Below are positions 1-11,389 of a stretch of DNA of 64,000 nucleotides, piece after piece (position 1 is the stretch's first letter; each line of letters starts with the position of its first letter). A program made the translations under genes and the position numbers. Source of the stretch: Alphaproteobacteria bacterium (lineage in GTDB: Bacteria > Pseudomonadota > Alphaproteobacteria > UBA6615); NCBI GenBank assembly GCA_049601915.1, contig JBMYRB010000001.1, forward strand, positions 138,344 through 202,343. The letters run 5' to 3'. The notes under the pieces were generated by a model that was not told the origin of the DNA, made no database searches, and saw nothing but the letters and a program-made list of their open reading frames with translations.

Positions 1-187
1 CCTCGGGGTCGACGACCAGTTCGTGGCGCATGACGCTGAGTGTCGCGATCTGCTCCGCGCGCCCGTCGGCGCTGCCCTCGGGCATTATCGTCGCCTGGTC
101 CCAGCCGAGAATGCCAAGCGCATCACCGATCAAGGCGCGCCGCCGATATGTCTCCTTCAGACCCCCATAGGCCGCGCTCTCACCCAT
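1..187 (-). CDS. M32 (Taq-like) carboxypeptidase, N-terminal fragment; continues beyond the left edge
   Basis: Minus-strand translation from the ATG at 187 reads MGESAAYGGLKETYRRRALIGDALGILGWDQATIMPEGSADGRAEQIATLSVMRHELVVDPE. The L..L.WDQ.T.MP...R..Q pattern is typical of M32 N-termini. The ATG overlaps the SURF1 stop (ATGGGTGA). Confidence 0.6.
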   Translation of the reverse strand, partial: MGESAAYGGLKETYRRRALIGDALGILGWDQATIMPEGSADGRAEQIATLSVMRHELVVDPE

Positions 188-890
188 CTTCTTCTCGCCT
201 CCAATGGAAAACGACGAATATCACGACCAACACCGCCGCAAGCGCATACCAGGTCACGGCATATTCGAGATGTGAGTTCCGCAGGTTAACGTCGGGCACA
301 GACCCCACGGGATAGACGCCCGGCGGCGTCGCGTTCAGACCGGCTTGAATATAGAACCCCACCGGCCCGGACAGGTTCGCCGTCGCTAGCATTTCGGCTT
401 CATCCATGAAGAACCAGTTATTCGCGCCCGGTTCGTTGTCGGGCACGAAGTATCCCGGCACCGTGTACAGGCGCACGAACCCATCGAGGGTAACAGGCTC
501 ACCCGCGGTGGCCGTGAATGCCCGCAGATCCGGTAGAGGCATCCAGCCCCGGTCAACCATCACCGTGCCCAGCCCGTTCGCAAGCTCGAGCGGGGCGACC
601 AGGTGACCGCCGGCGCCGCCATCGTGGACCCGGTTGAGCAGGATCATCGCGCGGTCATTGCGCAACTCACCCGTCACCGTGACCGGCCGGTACTCGAGGT
701 CGGCCAGATCGTCGGCGGCCGCCAGCGCTCGTGTGATCTCGACCGGCGCCGCACCGACGCGTTCGCCCCGGGTCTCAATCAGTTCATTCTTCCACTGGAG
801 CCGCTGCACCTGCCAGGTGCCAAGCGCGATCAGGACGATCAGAATCGGCAATGCCAGGGCGGTGGCCCAGAATGTCGGTTGGAAGCGCAT
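180..890 (-). CDS. SURF1 family cytochrome oxidase biogenesis protein
   Basis: 236-aa ORF with an N-terminal TM and a GTWQVQRLQWK signature, plus a C-terminal TM. It is the last gene of the cta cluster. Confidence 0.85.
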   Translation of the reverse strand: MRFQPTFWATALALPILIVLIALGTWQVQRLQWKNELIETRGERVGAAPVEITRALAAADDLADLEYRPVTVTGELRNDRAMILLNRVHDGGAGGHLVAPLELANGLGTVMVDRGWMPLPDLRAFTATAGEPVTLDGFVRLYTVPGYFVPDNEPGANNWFFMDEAEMLATANLSGPVGFYIQAGLNATPPGVYPVGSVPDVNLRNSHLEYAVTWYALAAVLVVIFVVFHWRREEDG

Positions 891-924
891 CGTTATCTTT
901 CAACTGGGCCGCCGCCGCCCCGGT

Positions 925-1347
925 TCAGCGCGTGATATCCGCGTCATCGACATTATGCTTGAACTGCTGAGCGATCAGCCAGGCCTTGAACGGACGCATC
1001 AATGCAATCGCCCCGACGATGATAACCGGAATCCAGACCAGGAAATGAACCCAGACCGGCGGCGCGACGGCAAACTGGAACCAGGCTGCCAGCGGCAGGA
1101 CCAGCGCGCCGTAAAGAACGATAATGAAAAACGCGGCCCCGTCATCGGTGTTCAGTCGCCCATAGTCGAAACTGCAAACCGAGCAGCCTTCGCGAACCGT
1201 CAGCAACCTAACATAGAGCTTACCTTGCCCACAACGCGGACAGGCGCATCGCACACCGGTCTTCACGCTGGATTGCCGTGGATAATACTCGGTCAAACTG
1301 GTGGTCCGATCATCTGCCCGATCAGGCGCCGAAGGTGCTCCAGACAT
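925..1347 (-). CDS. DUF983-like small membrane protein (zinc ribbon plus 2 TM)
   Basis: CPRCGQGKLY...CSVCSFDY zinc-ribbon pair followed by two hydrophobic helices, in the usual position between ctaE and surf1. The start is uncertain: the ATG at 1347 overlaps the ctaE 3' end and a TTG further in is possible. Confidence 0.65.
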   Translation of the reverse strand: MSGAPSAPDRADDRTTSLTEYYPRQSSVKTGVRCACPRCGQGKLYVRLLTVREGCSVCSFDYGRLNTDDGAAFFIIVLYGALVLPLAAWFQFAVAPPVWVHFLVWIPVIIVGAIALMRPFKAWLIAQQFKHNVDDADITR

Positions 1348-2176
1348 AGACGAACGAGAACAGGAAAAGCCAGACGACATCAACGAAATGCCAGTACCAG
1401 GCAGCCGCCTCGAAGCCGAAATGGTGGTCCTTCGTGAACTGCCCCTTCGCGGTACGCCACCAGCACACGGCGAGGAACACCGTCCCGACGATCACGTGGA
1501 AACCGTGGAAGCCGGTCGCCATAAAGAACGTCGAGGAGTAGATGTCGTCGGTGAAGCCGAACGGCGCGTGGGCATATTCAAAGATCTGAGCGGCCGTGAA
1601 CAACATGCCCAGCAATACGGTCCAGCCCAGCATCTTGGCCGCGTGGGGCATGTTGCCCTCGCGGATATCGTGATGCGCCCAGGTGACCGTGAAGCCGGAT
1701 GTCAGCAGGATCAGCGTATTCAGCAGCGGCAGGTCGAACGGGTTGAAGACCTCCACACCGTCGGGCGGCCAGACCATGCCGATCGCCTCGTTCGGGAACA
1801 GAGCCGCACCGAAGAACGCCCAGAACCAGGCCGCAAAGAACATCACTTCGGAGATGATGAACAGCATCATGCCGTAGCGCAGGCTGAGCTGCACAACCTT
1901 GGTGTGCATCTTCTGGATATGCGCTTCGTCGATGACGTCACGCCACCAGCCCATCATCGTCATCATGGCGAGGATTCCGCCCGGCGCCACCGTCCAGTAT
2001 CCGACGGTCTCGAGGAAAGGTTGTAGTCCTTCACCGAGCGACCCGGGATGCATGGCAAACACAAGACCGAAGGCCATCAGCAGTCCGGCAATCGAGCCAA
2101 CGATCGGCCAATGGCTCGGCTCGACCATGTGGTAGGGGTGGTTGCCGTGTGATTCGTCGTGTGCGTGATCACTCAT
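1322..2176 (-). CDS. ctaE: cytochrome c oxidase subunit III
   Basis: 284-aa polytopic ORF ending HHFGFEAAAWYWHFVDVVWLFLF, characteristic of subunit III. Confidence 0.95.
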   Translation of the reverse strand: MSDHAHDESHGNHPYHMVEPSHWPIVGSIAGLLMAFGLVFAMHPGSLGEGLQPFLETVGYWTVAPGGILAMMTMMGWWRDVIDEAHIQKMHTKVVQLSLRYGMMLFIISEVMFFAAWFWAFFGAALFPNEAIGMVWPPDGVEVFNPFDLPLLNTLILLTSGFTVTWAHHDIREGNMPHAAKMLGWTVLLGMLFTAAQIFEYAHAPFGFTDDIYSSTFFMATGFHGFHVIVGTVFLAVCWWRTAKGQFTKDHHFGFEAAAWYWHFVDVVWLFLFSFVYVWSTFGA

Positions 2177-2229
2177 ATGCTTGTCTCACTATTGCGCCGG
2201 ATATTCCTGGTCCAGACTTTTGACAGGTA

Positions 2230-2847
2230 TCAGTTCACTCGTGTGTTTTCGGTCTTCTGTAACGCCGCCGCCTCGCGTTCGGCATCTGCCTCACGATCGC
2301 GGAAGAAAGTGTAACTCAGGGTTATTTCGCTCACGTCGTCGAGGTTCTGGTCTTCCGCAATGGTGGGGTCAACGAAGAAGGTGACCGGCATCTGGACTGT
2401 TTCGCCCGCCGAAAGGGTCTGCTCCGTGAAACAGAAACACTCTATTTTCACGAAATACGGCGCCGCCTTTAGCGGAGTAACATTGAAGGTCGCGGTCCCG
2501 GTGATGTCATCATGATGCCGGTTGGACGCCTCGAAGAACGCCAAGCCCGCCTCGCCGACATGCAAATCGATCGTGCGCTGCACGGGCTTGAAGCGCCAAT
2601 CGAGCGCGGGCTCGATATCGCTATTGAAACGGACGGTAATGGGCCGGTTCGTATTGATTTCTTCCGACTGCGGCGCATTCGCTTCGACAAGCGGAATGCC
2701 GGCAAAACCGAACTTCTGACAGAAGGCGCGATAGGCCGGCACGGTCGCGTAGGCGAAACCGTTCATGCCCACAATCACGGCAAATACACCGGCAAACACA
2801 TACCGGTTGCGGCGGCCACGACGGAATCTCTTATCAGCCATGCTCAT
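2230..2847 (-). CDS. ctaG: cytochrome c oxidase assembly protein CtaG/Cox11
   Basis: 205 aa with an N-terminal TM and the copper-binding KIECFCFTEQ motif. Confidence 0.9.
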   Translation of the reverse strand: MSMADKRFRRGRRNRYVFAGVFAVIVGMNGFAYATVPAYRAFCQKFGFAGIPLVEANAPQSEEINTNRPITVRFNSDIEPALDWRFKPVQRTIDLHVGEAGLAFFEASNRHHDDITGTATFNVTPLKAAPYFVKIECFCFTEQTLSAGETVQMPVTFFVDPTIAEDQNLDDVSEITLSYTFFRDREADAEREAAALQKTENTRVN

Positions 2848-2975
2848 CCGAGCAACCCCGCGCGCGCAAGAAACACGAGATAGAAGATCACGATCAAACC
2901 GCCGATGACGGCCAACATCGCGTAGTTCTTACCGCGCTGTTCGCGATGCCGTTCGCTGTATTCCCGTTTCGCCAT
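2844..2975 (-). CDS. 43-aa single-TM protein between ctaB and ctaG
   Basis: Internal ATG of the 111-aa track ORF gives MAKREYSERHREQRGKNYAMLAVIGGLIVIFYLVFLARAGLLG (charged head plus one TM). Its TGA overlaps the ctaG ATG (ATGA) and it starts 7 nt after the ctaB stop. Confidence 0.55.
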   Translation of the reverse strand: MAKREYSERHREQRGKNYAMLAVIGGLIVIFYLVFLARAGLLG

Positions 2976-2982
2976 GACCGCC

Positions 2983-3915
2983 CTACCCCGCCAGTCCGAG
3001 GAGTGAATCCGCCAGCAAAAGCGCAAACACAAGGAACAGATAAAGAATCGAGAAGCCGAACATCTGGCGCGCACGCTTGTCTTCGGCGGCATCCGGTTCG
3101 CACAGCACCCGCCACGAAATGGCGACGAAGGCAACACCAAGGGCGCCGACACCAATCGCATATAGAAGCCCCGCCGCACCGAGTGCGAACGGCGCCAAGC
3201 TTACCGGCACCAGCAACAGGGTATAGGCCAGCATCTGGCGCTTCGTCGACTGCCGGCCCGCGACCACCGGCATCATCGGCACGCCCGCGCGTTCATAGTC
3301 ACCACTCCTGTAAAGCGCGAGCGCCCAGAAATGGGGCGGCGTCCACAGGAATATGATGGCGAAGAGGCTCACCGACACAAGGCTGACATCACCGGTCACG
3401 GCCACCCAGCCGATCATCGGCGGAAACGCTCCGGCCGCACCGCCGATAACAATATTCTGCGGTGTCCGCCGCTTGAGCCAGACTGTGTAGACGAAGACAT
3501 AGAAAAGGATCGCCACAGCCAACAGTCCGGCGGCCGTCCAGTTGGTCGTGAAGCCCATCAGGACGACAGAGAACACCGCCAAAACGGTCGCGAACCCAAG
3601 CGCATCACCCGGTGCTATGCGTCCGGCCGGCAAAGGCCGGTTTGCCGTGCGCGACATCAGCGCATCGATATCGCGCTCATACCACATGTTGACGGCACCC
3701 GCCGCGCCCGAGCCAACGGCGATACACAAGATCGCAACGATCGCGAGCAAGGGATGCAGGGTACCGGGTGCAATGAACAAGCCCACGGCGCCGGAGAACA
3801 CCACGAGCGTCATGACACGCGGCTTCAGCAACGCAACGAAATCCGAGACGTTCGACCCCGACGCCATAGGCAGCGCGGTCTCGCTTGTCCGGTTCAGATA
3901 CGCGGCATCAGCCAA
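2983..3915 (-). CDS. ctaB: protoheme IX farnesyltransferase (heme O synthase)
   Basis: 310-aa UbiA-superfamily polytopic protein with [21 protein letters not shown], located in the cta operon. Confidence 0.93.
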   Translation of the reverse strand: MADAAYLNRTSETALPMASGSNVSDFVALLKPRVMTLVVFSGAVGLFIAPGTLHPLLAIVAILCIAVGSGAAGAVNMWYERDIDALMSRTANRPLPAGRIAPGDALGFATVLAVFSVVLMGFTTNWTAAGLLAVAILFYVFVYTVWLKRRTPQNIVIGGAAGAFPPMIGWVAVTGDVSLVSVSLFAIIFLWTPPHFWALALYRSGDYERAGVPMMPVVAGRQSTKRQMLAYTLLLVPVSLAPFALGAAGLLYAIGVGALGVAFVAISWRVLCEPDAAEDKRARQMFGFSILYLFLVFALLLADSLLGLAG

Positions 3916-3953
3916 TGCTCAACTCCGTGTTCGAGGATCGATTCCGCAACCGC

Positions 3954-5579
<1,626 letters not shown>

Positions 5580-5599
5580 CTAACAATCTCCTCGCCGCG

Positions 5600-6493
5600 C
5601 TACTGCGCGGTCGCGGGCGTTGCGCCCGATTCGTTTCGTGTGATCTGGATCGGTCGCGGTGACAAATCACCGTCGGCCCCGCCGAAGCGTGCCTGTGCCT
5701 TTGCCACCCAGGCATTGAACTCAGCCTCGGGCACCGCCTCGATGGCCAGCGGCATGAACGCATGCCCGGCCCCGCAAAGTTCGGAGCACTGGCCGTAATA
5801 CATGCCCGGCTGGTCGATCAGGAACCAAGTCTCATTCGTGCGCCCCGGTACGGCGTCGATTTTCGATCCCAGTGCAGGCATCGCGAAGGCATGCAGCACG
5901 TCGGAAGAGGTCACAAGGACGCGAATTTTTTTTCCAACCGGCAGAACCAGGTTTTCGTCGGTCGCCAGCAGGCGAGGCTGGCCGGGCTTGAGTTCATCGT
6001 CCGGCACCATGAAAGCGTCGAACGTGAAATCACCATGATCGGGATACTCATAGCTCCAATACCATTGCCGCCCGATCGCCTTGATCGTCAGGTCGGCGTC
6101 GGTGACGTCGTCGGTCGCGTACAGAAGCGGCAGCGAGAAAAAGCCGATCACAAACAGGATCACGACCGGGATCACGGTCCAGAGGATCTCGATCAACGTG
6201 TTGTGGGTCGTCTTGGTCGGGTTGGGATTCGCGGACTCACGGAAGCGCACGATCGTGTAGAGCAGCAGTGCGAGTACGAAAATGGAAATCAGGAAGATGA
6301 CCCAGAGAAGGAAATCATGGAACGTGTCCATCTGCTCCATGATTGGCGAATGCGCCGACTGGAAATTGAGCTGCCAAGGTTCCGGCTGCTGCGCGCCCGC
6401 AGGGGTCGCCACAAATGCGAACAGCATGCTCGCAAGACCAGCCAAACCGGTGTACCCGGCGGCGCGTTTCAGATGATGTTGGATTGTCGTCAT
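5600..6493 (-). CDS. ctaC: cytochrome c oxidase subunit II
   Basis: CuA motif CSELCGAGHAFMP. I place the start at the internal ATG (MTTIQHHLKRAAGYTGLAGL..., signal-like); the upstream 118 codons of the track ORF look non-coding. Confidence 0.9.
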   Translation of the reverse strand: MTTIQHHLKRAAGYTGLAGLASMLFAFVATPAGAQQPEPWQLNFQSAHSPIMEQMDTFHDFLLWVIFLISIFVLALLLYTIVRFRESANPNPTKTTHNTLIEILWTVIPVVILFVIGFFSLPLLYATDDVTDADLTIKAIGRQWYWSYEYPDHGDFTFDAFMVPDDELKPGQPRLLATDENLVLPVGKKIRVLVTSSDVLHAFAMPALGSKIDAVPGRTNETWFLIDQPGMYYGQCSELCGAGHAFMPLAIEAVPEAEFNAWVAKAQARFGGADGDLSPRPIQITRNESGATPATAQ

Positions 6494-6827
6494 TCGCTCG
6501 CTTCCATCTGGTCGACCGCCCCCGCGAATCACATCGCAGGGCGGGCAACCCCCTATAGCCCATTGGACGGGGCGAAAAATAGCCCAGCGCATCGCCCTCA
6601 ACAAGTCACAGCCCGCGCGATTTACAGCCTTGAGACACCTTGTCGCAGCGCCGCAAATCCCTGATTGTACAAACAATTCGGCGCCAAACGGCTCGCCCGT
6701 CGGGTAGGACGGTAAAACAAAAAACGCGACCCTACCGATTGTTGAGCGGCCAAGGCTGACAATCTTGGTCCAAGTCCCATATTGTTGGGACGAATTTCTC
6801 ATCCCCAGCTCGAGCGAACATCGCCCC

Positions 6828-8261
6828 ATGACCGACATTGCCCGCACCGACGATATATTCTACGCACGAACCGGCATGGACCCCGAACGGGTCGTCGCGC
6901 GGGTCGACACGGCACTCGATGGCGCGGACGATGGCGAGTTGTTTCTCGAATATAATCAATCCGAGAGCATCACCTTCGACGACGGACGCGTCCGGAATGC
7001 CAATTTCGATACGTCCCAGGGTTTCGGCCTGCGCGCCGTCTCGGGCGAGGCGACCGGATATGCCCATTCAACGGAAATGAGCGAGGCCGCTATCACCCGC
7101 GCGGGCGACACGGTGAGCGCCGTGCGAACAGGACGAAGCGGCACGGTGGGAGACTCCCCCGCCGGCACCAACCGAGACCTCTACACCGACACCAACCCGC
7201 TGGGCGAGATGGCCTTCGAGGACAAGGTTGCCCTCCTGTCGGAGATCGACGCCTGTGCGCGCGGGAGCGACCCGCGCGTGCGTCAGGTCACCGCGTCCCT
7301 GTCAGGAAGCTGGCAGGCCGTACAGATCGTGCGGGCCGGCGGCGATCGGCGTGCCGACATCCGCCCCCTTGTCCGCCTCAATGTCTCCGTCATGGTCGGC
7401 GATGGCGACCGCCAGGAAACCGGGTCCCAGGGCGTCGGCGGCCGAGCCACATATGACCAGTGGATCTCGCCGGAAAACTGGCAGTCACAGGTCGAAGAGG
7501 CCCTGCGCCAGGCCCTGGTCAATCTGGAATCGGTGCCCGCACCTGCCGGCGAGATGCCGGTCGTTCTCGGGCCCGGCTGGCCGGGTGTTCTACTCCACGA
7601 GGCGATCGGTCATGGCCTTGAGGGCGACTTCAACCGCAAGAAGACCTCGGCCTTCTCGTCCCTGCTCGGCGAACGGGTCGCCGCGCCGGGGGTGACCGTG
7701 GTCGATGACGGCACGCTTGCCGACCGGCGCGGTTCGATCACCATCGACGATGAAGGCACGCCCAGCGCCTACAACGTGTTGATCGAGGACGGCATCCTCA
7801 AGAACTACATGCAAGACCGCATGAACGCGCGCCTGATGGGCATGGAGCCCACCGGCAACGGTCGACGCCAGTCCTTCGCCCACAACCCGATGCCACGGAT
7901 GACCAACACCTACATGCTCGACGGTGAGGCCGATCCCGAGGAATGCATCAAGGCGGCAAAAACCGGCATCTATGCCGTGAACTTCGGCGGCGGCCAGGTC
8001 GACATCACCAACGGCAAGTTCGTGTTCAGCTGCACCGAGGCCTACATGATCGAGGACGGCAAGCTCGGCGCACCGGTCAAGGGCGCAACCCTGATCGGCA
8101 ACGGCCCCGATGCGCTGACCCGCGTCAAGCTGATCGGCAATGACTCGCGCCTCGACGACGGTGTGGGCACCTGCGGCAAGGATGGCCAGTCGGTTCCGGT
8201 CGGCGTTGGCCAGCCGACGATGTATCTGGAGTCTCTCACCGTCGGCGGCACCGCCGTCTGA
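6828..8261 (+). CDS. tldD: metalloprotease TldD
   Basis: HEAIGHGLEGDF zinc motif. Start taken at MTDIARTDDIF. Divergent from ctaC. Confidence 0.93.
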   Translation: MTDIARTDDIFYARTGMDPERVVARVDTALDGADDGELFLEYNQSESITFDDGRVRNANFDTSQGFGLRAVSGEATGYAHSTEMSEAAITRAGDTVSAVRTGRSGTVGDSPAGTNRDLYTDTNPLGEMAFEDKVALLSEIDACARGSDPRVRQVTASLSGSWQAVQIVRAGGDRRADIRPLVRLNVSVMVGDGDRQETGSQGVGGRATYDQWISPENWQSQVEEALRQALVNLESVPAPAGEMPVVLGPGWPGVLLHEAIGHGLEGDFNRKKTSAFSSLLGERVAAPGVTVVDDGTLADRRGSITIDDEGTPSAYNVLIEDGILKNYMQDRMNARLMGMEPTGNGRRQSFAHNPMPRMTNTYMLDGEADPEECIKAAKTGIYAVNFGGGQVDITNGKFVFSCTEAYMIEDGKLGAPVKGATLIGNGPDALTRVKLIGNDSRLDDGVGTCGKDGQSVPVGVGQPTMYLESLTVGGTAV

Positions 8262-8282
8262 TCGCGGGGCACGGCAGCTATT

Positions 8283-8325
8283 ACACGACAGCCATGCACT
8301 TTTCGCATGCATAGTTGTGTCGTGT
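8283..8325. promoter_or_regulatory. inverted repeat ACACGACA-N27-TGTCGTGT between tldD and the pump operon
   Basis: Perfect 8-bp arms at 8283-8290 and 8318-8325, with inner GCATGC-type palindromes and no T-run. It could be a weak terminator or an operator. Confidence 0.3.
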
Positions 8326-8409
8326 TCCGGTCCATTACAGAATAACCGAGACATAAAGTTCATCTGATCGTCATGCCCGACCGGGTCCGGCGATCTGTTC
8401 GGAGGCGGC

Positions 8410-9564
8410 ATGCCCGACGAAGGACGCACGCAGCAATCCTTGAGCGGAAGCGGAACGGACACCGCGACCGCATCGCCGCGCCGGGCCGGCTCGATGGTTC
8501 GCAACCTGATCATCGTCGCCATCGTTTTTGCCGCCGTTGTCGGTGCCGGCCGGTGGGGCTATTGGCAATGGGCCCATGTCAGCGAAACCGATGCCCGCAT
8601 CCAGGCCGATACGATCGCGATTTCCAGCCGCGTGTCGGGCTGGGTCGTCGACTTGCCGATTATCGAGGGGGACAAGGTTCACCGGGGCGAACTTCTGGTC
8701 GAGATCGATTCCCGTGAATCCCGACTCAAGCTGACCGAATATGGCGCGCGCATCGCGGCGCTGGCAGCGGCGCGCCAGCAGATCACCTCCAAGATCGATC
8801 TGATCGACCGCACCACGACCAGCCGGGTGGAAGCGGTGCGATCGCGGGCCGACGCGGCGCGGGTCGCGGTCGAGGCCAGCCGCGAACAGTTCGAGTTCGC
8901 ACGCACCGATTTCGAGCGCACCCGCACGTTGCTAGCCGAACAGATCGTGTCCCGCCAGCGGCTCGATCAGGTCCACACCGCATTAAGCCGGGCCCAGGAA
9001 CGACACCAGAAAGCGCAGGCCGACCTCGCCGCGGCACTCGCCGATGTCGGTGAGGCAGAGGCCGAACGCGGTGAGATGAATGTGCTCGCAAGCCGTATGG
9101 ACGCCCTGCGGCACGAAGAGGCCGAGATCGCAGCGCAGCGCGACCAGCAGGCGCTCGACGCCGCCGACCGCACCATCAAGAGCCCGATCGACGGGGTGGT
9201 CTCGGAAACCTTCGTCGACCGCGGCGAGTTCGTGAGCCCGGGCCAGCGCCTGATGCTGGTCCACAATCCCGATCTGGTCTGGGTCGAGGCGAACATCAAG
9301 GAAACGGACATCCGCCATCTGGCGCCCGGCATGGCCGTCGAGGTCAAGATTGACGCCTTCCCCGATCGGCAGTTCAACGGCACCATCGCGCGCATCGGCC
9401 AGGCGGCGACCAGCGAGTTCGCGCTGCTGCCGAACCCGAACCCGAGCGGCAACTTCACCAAGGTGACCCAACGCCTGCCCGTGCGCATCGCCATCGAAGA
9501 GACCCAGGGCTTACTGCGCCCAGGCATGATGGCCGTGGTGAACATCGAAATTCTCGGACGGTGA
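8410..9564 (+). CDS. HlyD/EmrA-family membrane fusion protein
   Basis: 384 aa with an N-terminal TM, long Ala/Arg/Glu coiled-coil segments and a C-terminal beta-barrel region. TGA overlaps the GTG of the next gene (GTGA). Confidence 0.85.
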   Translation: MPDEGRTQQSLSGSGTDTATASPRRAGSMVRNLIIVAIVFAAVVGAGRWGYWQWAHVSETDARIQADTIAISSRVSGWVVDLPIIEGDKVHRGELLVEIDSRESRLKLTEYGARIAALAAARQQITSKIDLIDRTTTSRVEAVRSRADAARVAVEASREQFEFARTDFERTRTLLAEQIVSRQRLDQVHTALSRAQERHQKAQADLAAALADVGEAEAERGEMNVLASRMDALRHEEAEIAAQRDQQALDAADRTIKSPIDGVVSETFVDRGEFVSPGQRLMLVHNPDLVWVEANIKETDIRHLAPGMAVEVKIDAFPDRQFNGTIARIGQAATSEFALLPNPNPSGNFTKVTQRLPVRIAIEETQGLLRPGMMAVVNIEILGR

Positions 9565-11129
9565 CCGACGCCGTCATGCCCGCAGCTTCCGGTGGCATGA
9601 AGTCACAAGACGTCGGCTTTGCCCAGCGCTGGCTGGTCGTCGCCACGAGCCTGTCCTCTTCTCTTGCCCTCGCCCTGTCCGGTACGATCACCAACGTCGC
9701 CGTGCCGGATATCATGGGCGCATTCGGCGTCGGTCAGGACCAGGCGCAATGGATGGCGACAGCCTTCTTCGCCGCGATGACCGCCGGCATGCTGCCCAGC
9801 GACTGGCTGACCCGCACATTTGGCGCGCGCCACGTATTCGTTGCGATGATGCTCTTGTTTTTTGCCGCATCGGTCGCCGGCGGCACCGCCCAGACCTATC
9901 TCGTCGTTGTCCTCGCGCGCGCCGCGCAGGGCCTTGCGGCCGGCATCATCCTGCCGCTCACCATGATGGCGATGTTTGCCGTGTTTCCGGCGAACCGCCG
10001 CGCCATGGTCGCCGGCCTGTTCGGCATCAGCTTCGTCCTCGGTCCCGGGCTCGGCCCCTGGTTCGGCGGCGTCGCCATCGACCTGTTCGACTGGCGCTTC
10101 ACCTTCTATGTCGCGTTACCCGTCGCCTTCTGCTCGATGATGCTTGCTTCCGTCGTCTTTCCGACCCGCGACCGTGACGCCCCGCGCACCCTTCTCGACT
10201 GGTTCGGATTCCTGCTGGTCGCAACTTTTCTGACGGCCACATTGACCGGTCTGTCGAACGGACAGTTGAAAGGCTGGAACTCGAACTTTGTCATGGCCGC
10301 CCTGGGGCTCGGCATCGGCGCGGGCATCGTCTTTGTCGTATGGGAACTGATCGCCGACGATCCGATATTCGATGTCAGGCTGCTCGCTCGGCCGCGCTTC
10401 GCCATCGCCAACATGGTCTCCTTCCTGTTCGGCGCAACGCTCTTCGGGTCCTTCTACCTGCAGCCGGTTTTCGTGCAGCTGGTCCAGAACTACGGTCCCT
10501 TGCGGGCCGGTCTTGTGCTGGTTCCCGGCGGCTTGATCATGGGACTGGTACTGCCGCTGGCCGGCCGAACATCGGATCTCGTGCCACCCTATATTCCGCT
10601 CGCAGTCGGGTTCCTGCTTTTCACGATTTCGCTCTGGCTGATGGGATTCTCCGATCCCAACACCGCGTTCATCACATTCGCCGCCATCGTCGGGCTGGGA
10701 CGGATCGGCCAGGGTATGCTGTTTCCACCCGTCACCGCGGTCGGTCTGCAGACGGCACCGCCAGAGAGCATGGGCACCGCCAACGGGATGCTCAATTTCA
10801 CCCGCCAGATGGGGGGTGCGTTCGGGATCAACCTGCTGGCGATCTTCATCGAACGGCGCACGTCGGTATACAGCGAGATCCTGGCCTCGACCCAGACGGA
10901 AGCGAACTCGGCCACCCAGGGCCTGTTGGCCAGCGTCCGCGACATGCTCTCGGTCACCGGCCTGCCCGACATGATCGAGGGATCGCTCGCGACCCTGTAT
11001 CTGGGGCGCATGGTGGCCGCGCAAGCGACCGCGCTGGCCTTCCAGGACACATTCTTAGTGTTCGCGCTGTTCGGCCTGCTCGCGGTGGCCCTGTCGCTCG
11101 CGCTCTGGAGCCCGTTCCGGCGAAGCTAG
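9561..11129 (+). CDS. MFS transporter, DHA2 (EmrB/QacA-like, 14-TM) family
   Basis: 522-aa polytopic ORF, translationally coupled to the HlyD-family gene. Confidence 0.88.
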   Translation: MTDAVMPAASGGMKSQDVGFAQRWLVVATSLSSSLALALSGTITNVAVPDIMGAFGVGQDQAQWMATAFFAAMTAGMLPSDWLTRTFGARHVFVAMMLLFFAASVAGGTAQTYLVVVLARAAQGLAAGIILPLTMMAMFAVFPANRRAMVAGLFGISFVLGPGLGPWFGGVAIDLFDWRFTFYVALPVAFCSMMLASVVFPTRDRDAPRTLLDWFGFLLVATFLTATLTGLSNGQLKGWNSNFVMAALGLGIGAGIVFVVWELIADDPIFDVRLLARPRFAIANMVSFLFGATLFGSFYLQPVFVQLVQNYGPLRAGLVLVPGGLIMGLVLPLAGRTSDLVPPYIPLAVGFLLFTISLWLMGFSDPNTAFITFAAIVGLGRIGQGMLFPPVTAVGLQTAPPESMGTANGMLNFTRQMGGAFGINLLAIFIERRTSVYSEILASTQTEANSATQGLLASVRDMLSVTGLPDMIEGSLATLYLGRMVAAQATALAFQDTFLVFALFGLLAVALSLALWSPFRRS

Positions 11130-11362
11130 CTGGCGGCCTCGGGCTGACCCACAAACGCGTTCAGCTTGTCGAGAACGCAGAGGATCACCGCGTAGATCAC
11201 GTAGTACATGAATATGAAGTTCACGATCGGGATTAGGGTGAGAATGACCCAGACAATCTTTTTACGTCCCATTCGGTCCGCGATGAAGTAGTTGCCGATC
11301 GCCAAGCCGACAAAAATAATGATCAGCGGCAAAACCGCCGTGAATTGTTCACCACCACCCAT
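11126..11362 (-). CDS. small hydrophobic membrane protein (78 aa), function unknown
   Basis: Two to three predicted TM helices and locally lower GC. It lies just upstream of gshA on the same strand. Confidence 0.45.
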   Translation of the reverse strand: MGGGEQFTAVLPLIIIFVGLAIGNYFIADRMGRKKIVWVILTLIPIVNFIFMYYVIYAVILCVLDKLNAFVGQPEAAS

Positions 11363-11389
11363 GTCTTCCCCCTGTGTTTTAACGAATCT

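Noticed and set aside
5600-6847. Over-long 5' extensions in the ORF track: ctaC 415 aa, xseA 653 aa (28726-30687), ubiD 624 aa (15029-16903), rsmE, tadA, ribF, maoC, the two qor genes, egtD, LLM and PaaI.
   Set aside because: The extensions overlap divergent genes or intergenic DNA and have non-protein-like composition. In each case an internal ATG gives an N-terminus that matches the family. Coordinates were trimmed accordingly.
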